A DNA stretch of 58,925 nt, filler included, from Sphacelaria rigidula (taxonomy: Eukaryota): assembly GCA_964200075.2 (NCBI GenBank). It is 7 parts of 7 records of this genome, joined end to end, with 100 filler letters (N's around TTAATTAATTAA, not from the genome) between each part and the next. Parts side by side here need not be neighbours in the genome. Positions count along the whole stretch, not along the records: positions 42,162 to 50,493 come from CAXNAA020011496.1; positions 50,594 to 58,925 come from CAXNAA020011497.1; 5 more parts are not named here. One strand, given 5' to 3'. The notes beneath the pieces were generated by a model. It saw only the letters and a list, made by a program, of their open reading frames with translations, had not been told where the DNA came from and made no database searches. Of this stretch, positions 49,219-58,925 are shown one piece after another. The position numbers and the translations under genes are program-made. Numbering within the stretch: the stretch's first letter is position 1; each line of letters starts with the position of its first letter.

Positions 49219-50493
49219 GGATTCGTCCCGACAGGAAAACAATCTGCCCTGCCCTGTACTACGCCAGTTATGCGTTGCTTTTCGAGTTGAGCGACGTTGT
49301 TGTTGCATGAATTTCTCTGGCATAGCAAGGGGACCCTTTCAAGGTTTTAGGCACGAAGGCCCCAAACACAGTGAACGACCAACATCAGCCGGAGCGGAGG
49401 GGGATGGGGTTGCTACGCATGTTACTGTATGATCATCCACCACATCGTGGTTGTACCACGTATTTATCCCCAAGTAAAAACAAGGTCTGCTCTGAAATGT
49501 AGGCGGTATCACTAATGTTGTAAAACGTGCTGGCGGTGCTTGTAAGATCGATGGAACGGCGGTACTCGATGCTGCACCAAGCTGATCGCGTTGTGCGTCT
49601 TCTGTAGGTGAGTTTCGATATAGAGATGTCGCGTTGTGAGGTATAGAAACTGGGAATCAATCATGGAACGTCATTTGGCACCGAGAATTCGGCGGGGAGA
49701 CGGGCAGGTTGGGGTGTGTGTGGTGGGGGAAGGTGGAGGAGGGCTACGTGCTCCAGGAATAGATACGACCTCGCTCAGCATTGATCATACGAACTAGGTT
49801 TCATCGAAGCTCCTTCGGGGAAGCTGTTGGGGTTTTCATCGCAGTAGTATTATTACGTTGAGATAAACGTGCTTGGGGGAGACTGTCTTTAACCCTTTTG
49901 GAACTTACAATGGAAAATTGATCATTTGCAATTGACGATTTTTGAGCAAGATATGGTTGATGGTTCATAGCTTAGACGCAACAATTTTGGCCAAACGCGC
50001 ATTTTTCAGACCCGTACGAGTGACAAATGGAACAAGAGAAGGTTTACTACTTTCTTGCTGCGATCCGTCGGCTTTTTTTCTACACTCATGAGGTCCTTGC
50101 TCGGCCACAGTGCGCGGCAGGCCTCTGTGAAGCATGCTTCCGGCCTGACCTGTACGCCCTGCCCGCTGCAGTTTATACTCTTTGCAGTGTCATAGCAACA
50201 AGGGCAACGCCGATGGCACATTCGCTAAATGTATGAACTGGTCGTATGCAATCCCAGGCAGTCACCTTTCCGTGTCGCCGGGGGTGCTGCGACACTGCCC
50301 TGTACAGTACTGGGTGTGTTTACAGCATTTTGAGGTCATCTCGACTGCCGACTCACGTCATGCACAACATCACGCTCATGCACGTTCCGACAGCACCATC
50401 CCGCCCTTTGAAAAATGGGTAAAGGCGACGCAGACGCCATGTGCCCTGCAGTTATGCACCGTCACTGTGGTGTAGAGTCTGCCAAGTGCCGTC

Positions 50494-50593
50494 NNNNNNN
50501 NNNNNNNNNNNNNNNNNNNNNNNNNNNNNNNNNNNNNTTAATTAATTAANNNNNNNNNNNNNNNNNNNNNNNNNNNNNNNNNNNNNNNNNNNN
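50494..50593. other. Artificial contig spacer
   Basis: N44-TTAATTAATTAA-N44. Confidence 0.99.
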
Positions 50594-50638
50594 TTAACTG
50601 CCGAAAAGAAATGTAATAATTTTTGTGAAAGTGGGCCT

Positions 50639-50673
<35 letters not shown>

Positions 50674-52646
50674 CTCCGTGTCCGAAAATCTTCTTCCCAT
50701 AGCCCCCGATTGGGCGGGCAACATGTATGTGTGCAACCCCAGAGTATGTATATTACGCCGGCAATATATGTAAATGACCATATTCCAATATGATCGAATG
50801 ATGATGTATGGGTATATTGTTTTACTCAGGTTTGTTGGGAACCACTACTACTGTAGTATTTCATGATGTTCAGTGTTCCATCAAACTATCGGCTCCAGGT
50901 AGACTCTAAGTTGGTCGAGTGGAGAAGATAAGTAGATAAATGTGGACCGCTGGAAGACTCACTATGTCAGGAGGCCGCGTAAGCTGGTACGGTACACACT
51001 GGCTATTATGGTGCACATCCGCGCTCTGAGCTCTAATCCATCGACACCGGCTATATTCCTTCCACAAGCGAATTCCTCGACTGCTACAAGTACGTTCCCA
51101 GATCTGTTTCCAGAAGATTCGGGACCGAACACAAGAGATGCCATGTGGAGTAGTACACACGTCGTGTATTCTGCAACCTGTCGACCATGAGTGAACATGA
51201 CCCGACTGACAGTCTTCGCGCCTTACTTCCGGGATGGTGATGAAGAACATGACACTAAATCGGGTGCGACACAGCAACTTGGCAAGCCACCGGTCTGTCA
51301 TTTTGTTTTTCATTTTGTACATTAGATAATGACAACATCTAAACAGTCAAATTAAATGGAATATGCCTGGAAGTCGTGCTCAACACCCCACCGCTTCTGG
51401 AAGCAGCGCGCACTCTAGTGTTCAACATAGTGATCCAGCGTACCGTCTTGTAAAGAACCTCATCAGCGATTCAGATATCATGATATGGAAAAGGATGGCT
51501 CGGATCGTGCTCAGCTCAAAACGTGCTCTGCTTCCTCTTGTTTTCTCCACACAGGCAAGTGGGTGTGAAGGAGTTCCGCGCGACCTCGCTATTGTAAAGT
51601 AATATCGCAGGTGGTGAAATCTTTAAATCTTCCATATCATGTGCATCTGGACACAAACCCCTCTGAGCCAGGAGCAATTTCCTTTTCCGATTACACGAGG
51701 TCTCCTTGTGTGCGCAACCGCGTCCGCCCATGGAGGCACAGTCACAGCATTCCAAGTCAACATCTGAACCCGCAGGACCGTAGGTTCACTTTTGTACCAA
51801 ACCCAGCAACCACATGGCGTTTCAGCCGTCATGAAGCCCCCAACAATCCCACGATGTTCCAGCCGTCGCTACATTCTTGTCAGCCTCCAATTGTGCATCG
51901 ACGCAAGGCTTGCGGTTGATGCCGACACGCTCAGCGACAGCGATCTCCACCAGGGCGATGTATTTGTTAGGAACACTTTTTGAGCACGTACTGTAGTGGT
52001 GTCGAGTAAGTAATCGGCAGTAGCATGCAGCAGCAGCAGTAGCAGCAGTAGCTGCAGCAGCTGCAGCAGCAGTCCGTCGAATGCCAGCGGCATACACCGG
52101 AGCCGGGGAGAAATGCTACGAAATCTTCCGGCGAACTAGTTCGAGGCCAGAAACTTCCCTGTCAGCTAGCCTTTACGGCACAGCGCATAGAGACTGAAGT
52201 GACATAATGGAGAACTCAGCATCACCTATCTGACACACTTCACCAGAGCACATTGTGTACGGGTGCGGCGTCGTGACGGGTGTTGGTTGCGCTTTGCCGA
52301 CACAAGACCCGCGTAGGCCATCTCTGCTGCAAAAAAGACTTCGCTGATATCGCGCTGAGGGTCAACTTTCATCTGCTCCTCCATGAAGTTACTCTCTATC
52401 TGCAAATAGAGGACAAGAAGCCGTTTGCAAAGAATCGTGCGTCCCCCCGCAGGTGACCTCAGATGATCTGTGGTAGTGCTGGATACCAGACCAGTTCGTA
52501 TGCAATGGCAGCACTACAGGTACTACTAGTGTTCAGTACCGCCAGTACTTCTCGTCTTGTGCCTTCAGTACATCCCGCTTCAATGTCTCGTCAACCAGCG
52601 GGAAATCATCTAATAATGCGCCGCTCCCAAAGGAGCAAACACACAA

Positions 52647-52656
52647 CGCGCGCGCG

Positions 52657-52732
<76 letters not shown>
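52647..52732. repeat. Compound (CG)9(CA)n microsatellite
   Basis: Directly visible alternating purine-pyrimidine tract. Confidence 0.97.
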
Positions 52733-52733
<1 letters not shown>

Positions 52734-53955
52734 CTAAAACAGGCGTTGAGGACGGTAAGCACGACGAACAACAACAGTAGTAGTGGCATATCAGTCGTAG
52801 ACGCGTTCGCTGCGGACCCAGGCGGTGGTTCCTATGACGACGTGCTCCGGAATGAATTTCTCTACGAAAGTAGTTCGCGCTTCTTCAGTTATCTGTTGGT
52901 TATTTTCTGGCCAGCGGGGGACGCGTCTTCTTGCTTCCTGCACGACTCACGACTCTTTCCGCACCATATATATTTAGTATAATAGCGATAAAGGCCCGTG
53001 CACTTTCATTATTTGCATTTTTCTCGAACCAAATTCGGTCACTCCTCAGTGCAGGCTTGCCTCGGAAAACGTGGTTGTTAAGTCTTTCGACTGCGAGCGT
53101 CGCCTCGAAACAGTTTCACCGGCTGACAGTTCAGGGACATCCGGGGGGTTCCGGGGGTCGGGGGGTGGTTTTTGACGGGGCTGCGAGCATGTTCGCACAA
53201 CAGCCGAAAAGCTCACTAAGTTAACCGAGTGTGTTTGTAAGTTTCCCACGGAAAATTCCAAGCCAGAAACAAGGGCTGAGAGGAGCGGAGTGATCATTTT
53301 GAGAGCTGCTGTGATTGCTCAGAATGGTCATCTCAGAGGGACTGAGATTGACTAGCTCGTAGATTCAAGGGTGTTCATCCTGTGGTCGTAAGATTTATGG
53401 TCGTCATGAACCAACGCCAACCCCACCCCTAACTCTAATCCTGCCCTCGCCTAAGGCATACAAGAACCCTTGGGCGAGTAGAGTGCTGAGGTTGCCCTGC
53501 GTTGACAGGTCTTAAATCGGCGCCACAGTCGCCGATTAGGACAAAAACACGTTTTGGGCGACCTGAGAGTACTTGGGATTGTCAGCCACTCCACAGATCC
53601 AAGCATCATCGGTGTTTACGCAAATATCAAGTAATAACGTCGATCCGGAGTGCAGCCGTTTTTGTCTTCGCCAGAGTATGTAACCCAGCGGTATACACAG
53701 GGACCATCATCAGTAGGCTCGTCATCAGTAGGCTCGTCCAGGTTTCAGTATAAAACACACATAATATACAGCAGGAGTGCACTTTAGCAACGGTGCGGTA
53801 ACAGAAGAAGCATACATGCATGAAATTGCCCGTGGTCTACAGTACATATATATGTCGCCACCTCTTGGGAAGAGATAATTTTTCAGTTCAAAACGTTTCA
53901 GTCTCAAAGATGGAAAAATAAAAATTATGGCCGCGTAAGAACAGAGCAGCCTCAG

Positions 53956-54319
53956 TGTTGTGTGTGTGTGTGTGTTGGCGTCCCATTTATTCTGGGCGCC
54001 AGTCTGCACCTTTCGGTATACTGTATGTGGGCGCACCAGCCGGGGTCACACAGGAGGCAGGTCAACACAGGAGGTTTTTCTTTTTCGTTTGTTTCTAGTA
54101 CCCCACCTTCCTTCTGCGGTGCTTGCCTTTATTTTTTATCGCGAGAGGGGTTCAGCAGTCCCTATCCCTGGTCGACCGTTAAGTCCAATTTCGTGTACCC
54201 ACGACATAGTCTTGGGCATGTTGTAAGAAAAAATCCTAGGTCGCTCCAGGAATTGAACCCCACTACTCAACTGTCAGGAGGTTCCGAGGTTATCAACTGA
54301 GCCACCGGTGCGCCCGGCT
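53956..54319 (-). mobile_element. tRNA-derived SINE family 1, full-length copy
   Basis: Reverse complement starts AGCCGGGCGCACCGGTGGCTCAGTTG, has GGTTCAATTCC B box, ends in (CA)n. Confidence 0.85.
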
Positions 54320-54640
54320 CAGTGTCGAGATGTCAATAAAAACAAGAACCCGGCGTACGATATGTAAACTGCGGCTACAGATGATGTCGTCATCTTGTGT
54401 TTGCCTCGCATTATTATTGGTCGATACGTCAATCATCGTGCACTGAAGGTTGATAATATCTGTGTTTGATGTTCGATCCAGGAGGCCCTGTCGTCCTCCA
54501 AGAAGGTCTCATGGCAGGCGCTATCGTAGAGGCATGCGATGATGACAAAATAACGACAGATAGATGTATCATGCTGCATTGCACACGCTGTACCGTGTAG
54601 CGTCAACAATGTCTGAATCCACCCAGAATACAATACAGTG

Positions 54641-54980
54641 TACCTTCTGACGGTTGGGTCGTGAGATCAAATGTCGGAGCGATCTGGGATTTTTCTCACA
54701 CCATGCCCAACAGTGCGGAGAGCGACTACCTATGTCGTGGGTACACAAAACTCGACAAAACGGTCGACGAGGGAAAGGGAGCGTGCTGAACCCCTCTCGC
54801 GATAAATGATGAAGGCAAGCACCGCACAACAAGGAAGGTGGGGTACTAGAAACAAACGAAAGGTGAAGAACTAGTGTGTTGACTTTCCTCCTGTGTAACC
54901 CCGGCTGGTGCGCCCATATACCGAAAGGTGTAGATCGGCGTCCCGGATAGATGAGACGACAACGCACACACACGTACACG
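54641..54980 (+). mobile_element. tRNA-derived SINE family 1, copy lacking the A box
   Basis: CCTTCTGACGGTTGGG...TGTCGTGGGTACACAAAA...CATATACCGAAAGGTG...CACACAC. Confidence 0.85.
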
Positions 54981-55494
54981 CGCGCGCGAACTTTGTCTCC
55001 TGTCTGTAAAAATGGAGCACGGGACTCGTTGTCGAATGTAAGAACAAGGACCCCACGATTTCGGCAGGAAATGCTCGGCCGACTTGAGAAGTTGACGGTA
55101 AGAGCATTATCTCGGTTTGCGCCAAGCAATAGGCCGCGAGCCTCGCATTTGATCAGAGCAGGAGGAGGAGGTGCGTATTGATTGTTGTTTCGCTGCCTTC
55201 ACAAAAATGATATCTGCGGAAACCACGTTTGTTTGTTCGTGTGGAGGGCTGATCATTACCAAATAAATGATCGGAAAAAATAACTGACACGAAAAATGAG
55301 CTGCCGACGGCAGACCGCGGCAGACTTGTTCAGCTATATGGCTATGAAACTCATGGTTGGCCGTTTTTTCGGTTCTTGTGATTGATTACTGTTGGCAACT
55401 GGTCGGGCATTGTGCAGGTCAGAGTTGAAAATCGGGTATTATTGATACTCGATACGATTTCGATTTATATCGGTCGTTACGGCGTATAAACGAC

Positions 55495-55781
55495 GTTTTC
55501 GTGAGATTGAGAGTAGAGCGCTGATTGAAAGTGGCTTTGGCCATTCGCTTTAACTTAGCTATTTTTCACTCCGTGTGTGCTTTTCTTTGCCTCTATCACT
55601 TGCGTGTGCTAACAGCTACAAGTCAATATCCTACTCAGGGATATTAAGGGCCTCACTGGCGAGCTATTACAGAAAGCATATTGGGCCTCGTGGAGGGGCA
55701 TTTCAGAACTGAAACGATTCATTCACTAATTGACCGCATTTCACTCTCAATCGTATATTCAACTCTCAATCTCACAAAAAC
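55495..55781. mobile_element. MITE-like element with ~39-bp inverted repeats
   Basis: GTTTTCGTGAGATTGAGAGTAGAG versus reverse complement of right end GTTTTTGTGAGATTGAGAGTTGAA. Confidence 0.6.
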
Positions 55782-55874
55782 ACAGTTGTATCAGTATCGC
55801 CGCTTCCCAGGCCGATATTAGACGACGATACGTACAGGCTGGGCCGCCCAAGATGCGAACAGGAATTAGCAGCT

Positions 55875-56555
55875 CAATTTTGGGTCGTCTTCTATGAAAT
55901 TTCAACACAATCAACACGACGCATGTACAAGACTCCATTTTCGGCCCCCTTTTTTTTCCACGTTTTGTTGGGGGGGTTATTCACGATTTTGTTTCGAAAT
56001 AAAATGTTCTGAAATGTTTGGTCGCCGATAACTCACGGGGAAAATAAATAAATGTACGGGGCTGAAGGTGGAGTCTTTGCACATATATCATGTACATCGT
56101 GTCGAAATTTCATAGGAAACGACTCAAACTTAACCCTTGGACAGCGAGAGTAGGTCACCTGTTGAATCGGCATCAATTTCACTTGAAAAAGTGTGCATCA
56201 TCCAGAAAGACTAACCTCGCGGTCTAGGGGTTAATCTGCTAAATTGCGTGTTCGTGTCGAAGACTGATTCTTATGTGGAGATGAACCAGCCACGAAAAGA
56301 TGAAATGCGGTTACCCTGTTCAATTTCAAGTATTTTCCCATAACATTTCGACACGATGCGCATGACGTATGTTGGGAAGTCCCTAGTGTCCCCCCTTGAC
56401 TATTTTTTCCCAATGAGTTGTCGACGTTTTTTTACCAAGAAAAAATGTTCCGAAATGAATATCACCAAAAACTCACCAGGGAAAAAAAAGGCAAACGGTA
56501 GCGGTTTCACATATACCTTATGTATATCGTGTCGAATTTTCATGGAATTGAGCAG
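55875..56555. repeat. Two adjacent inverted-repeat units sharing a TGTACATCGTGTCGAAATTTCATAGGAA arm
   Basis: Arms at ~55880-55930/56091-56128 and ~56335-56362/56521-56550. Confidence 0.5.
56134..56230 (+). mobile_element. 97-bp piggyBac-like MITE with TTAA on both sides
   Basis: TTAA (56130-56133) CCCTTGGACAGCGAG...CTCGCGGTCTAGGGG TTAA (56231-56234). Confidence 0.8.
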
Positions 56556-57018
56556 TAAAATCGCGTGTTTCTGTCGAAAACCGGTTCACTTGCCTTTATA
56601 GACTGCAACAACCTCAGCCGGAACTTCGACGTTTTCTACAAGCCCGACGCCTTTGGGCGCTGCAGGTCTCGCCTGCGTGCCGTCTCAGACCCTGCGCGCG
56701 TACAGTACGACATACGTTGTTGTACAACCACAACCAGTGCTGCACCATCACTTCGTGGCCGCGACACAATCGACTTCAACCGTAAATGCGATTTCAGCCG
56801 TTTTGTTTCCCCCTAATTCTGCCGTACATGCAACCCTCAACTCTCTACACTTCGCAGCTGACTACACACAGTTTGGTATTTCGTTTGACAAGAACTTGTC
56901 AGATCGCAGTGCCACGTGAAGTGAAAGATGCGCGTTGATTTGCAGATTACCAAGATGTGTCATAGTAGGCACGACTCGCGATAGATCGTCAGTTAAAACC
57001 GGCTGAAGGAAAGTCCTC

Positions 57019-57431
57019 TTAACAGCCGATTTTCGAAAATGTGGATGAGGTTCAACTCAAAAGCCGTGCTTTCCCTGACCTAAATTCATGACAAATGACT
57101 TTCATATGGACCACCTCATCCCTCCCGACCTCCCTAGAATTATTTCGGGGGATTTATAACCTTTCATACCCCCGAAGGGTATGTGCGGAAGCACATTTTT
57201 GCCTCGCTTTCGGGGTGAAAAGAGGATGTTTTTTGTCCCCCAAATCGTGCTTTCTCACATACCCTTTGAGAGGACGGAAGGCTAGAAATCCCTCGAAATA
57301 GTTTTAGGGAGATCGGGAGGGATGGGGTGGTCCATATGAAAGTCATTTGTCATGAACTTAGGTCAGGGAAAGCACGGCTTTTGTGTTGAACTTTACTTTT
57401 TTCAACCCCATTTTTGAGAATCCACTGTTAA
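57019..57431. mobile_element. ~413-bp foldback palindrome with TTAACAG...CTGTTAA ends
   Basis: AAAAGCCGTGCTTTCCCTGACCTAAATTCATGACAAATGACTTTCATATGGACCAC pairs with GTGGTCCATATGAAAGTCATTTGTCATGAACTTAGGTCAGGGAAAGCACGGCTTTT. Confidence 0.88.
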
Positions 57432-57710
57432 CAACTATTTGCAAACGTCCTTGGCTCCAGTCTCTCTTTGATTCCTCCGTTCCAACCTGGGGCGCTCGAG
57501 TCCCCCGCGAGATAGTTCTTTCCAGTCTCCATCTTCGTATCGTACTCGCCGAAAGAAATTCCCATAATCATACACGTGGTGCTTCAGCTCGGCACTGCTA
57601 TAGCCTTTCCAGGAGGTAGCACCTATGGGCAAAAGCTTCAAGGCATCACTACGTGGGGAAGCGGAGTGCTTCGAGTGCGATGGCGGGGTTGAAGAAACTG
57701 TGGGGTGATA

Positions 57711-57970
57711 CAGGTGCAAAAGGCTCATGACGCAGTATGGGGCAATGGGCTGTGGGAAAATATGTGAGGAACTGTGATCAAAGGAAAGGTGTGGACGATG
57801 AAGACGACAGAAATGTGCCAAACGTGCGATGATGCTAGACAGGGAAATATCGAAATATTTCGATATTTTGCAAGGACTTGCACCAGGATGTACGTCATCA
57901 CCCTCTCTACTCGAGGTATTCATCGATGACCTGATACTAGCATTAGACATTGCAAAGCAAGCGGTAAAGT
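57711..57970 (+). pseudogene. LINE reverse transcriptase fragment
   Basis: VQKAHDAVWGNGLWENM* then, after a frameshift, MLDREISKYFDILQGLAPGCTSSPSLLEVFIDDL (KAxD and QGxxxSP motifs). Confidence 0.8.
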
Positions 57971-58925
57971 TGCTGAAGGAGTTGGGAACGGTACAGATGA
58001 CAGCAGCTAGGGGAATTACTTGGATACTCGAAACAAATGAGTACGCCCCCCACTTTTGGTGAAGGAGTTGGGAATAGTGCAGATTACAGCAGCTTGGGGA
58101 ATCACTTGGATGCTCGAAACAAATGCGTACGCCCCCCCCCCTTTTGAAGCCTTCCCCTTTTCCCCACCCGTCAGTGCCTGAAACAACGTAGAGTTCAGGA
58201 CAATCCAAGATGGTGAAAGATACAGGCAATGCAGTCCAACACGGGGACAAATTCAGGGGTCAGGTGGAATGTGGGTGTGGCGTTCCAGTTTGGTCCCCTT
58301 CAAGGTGGGACGCAAACACTTCGGGTATGAGGTGTTTCGGATGGGGTGGGTGGATATGGAAGGAACTTCCTGCTATTGAGACAGCGGTGGTACGTGTGTA
58401 ATGTTTACGGCCAGTCCAGAGCTCGAAGGGAAACGTGTCAGACGGTAGCATGGCGTCGGGTTGTCGGGTAGGGTACGATTGCGCAAGATTGTGCGTGAAA
58501 CGTACTTTCTCTGGGGCCAAGATTTGTACATTTTCGCAGTTGCTTTCGAACGAGCCTGCGTGTGCACCCATTTTGTGGTGTACACACACCGCTAGCCAAC
58601 GTCCTGCCGACAAGAACCCCACCGACGTGTACCATGCAAGGAAAAATACACGTATCCACACACTTTACCCCACTAGAACCCCGGCGACAACGTGTGCCGG
58701 CAAACAAAGGGGTACCATGGTTCTGTCGACCCACGGCCTGCTCCGGTCTCGCTACGCGTATAGCGTGGGATCACGCCTGCGACTGAAAACAATCGGATGA
58801 AGTCCCTCACGATCGCGTGCTCACGATCCCCTCCGTGTCCGCTTCACAGAATAAAAGAAACAGACAGTCCACCGCAGGGGGCAGGCCTCACTCATCACAT
58901 ATCACACGCCTGCTGGACCCTGCCA

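Noticed and set aside
52743-52982. Exon after the (CA)n tract (ALRTVSTTNNNSSSG...)
   Set aside because: Acceptor is plausible but there is no recognisable domain, clear donor or partner exon
1-58925. A gene cluster linking channel, WSC protein, kinase, helicase and MPP-alpha
   Set aside because: Each lies on a separate contig joined only by length sorting

Overview
Intron-rich eukaryotic DNA, most likely a brown alga (Phaeophyceae; inferred from the WSC-repeat gene, short exons in kb-long repeat-filled introns and the repeat families). The window is not one locus. Six identical 100-bp spacers (N44-TTAATTAATTAA-N44) recur exactly every 8432 bp and join seven contigs of 8333, 8332, 8332, 8332, 8332, 8332 and 8332 bp, as expected for length-sorted unplaced contigs, so neighbourhoods are only meaningful within a contig. 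Host gene fragments with phase-consistent GT-AG exons: a four-domain voltage-gated Ca2+/Na+ channel (contig 1), the 3' end of a multi-WSC-domain gene (contig 2), a probable kinase first exon (contig 3), an XPD/FANCJ/RTEL1-family helicase (contig 4) and mitochondrial processing peptidase alpha (contig 6). The rest is largely mobile-element material: a tRNA-derived SINE family, TTAA-flanked MITEs, long foldback palindromes, a CACACG-TIR family with 8-bp TSDs carrying an AGCT satellite, and decayed Gypsy, Copia, LINE, tyrosine-recombinase and KDZ-type elements. The best novelty candidate is contig 5, where a recently inactivated XRN/FEN-like PIN nuclease fused to a Cys-rich CXC tail lies co-oriented upstream of a decayed HMGXB3-like KDZ transposase, possibly one large two-gene DNA transposon. 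All protein family calls come from motif recognition by eye; no database search was run.
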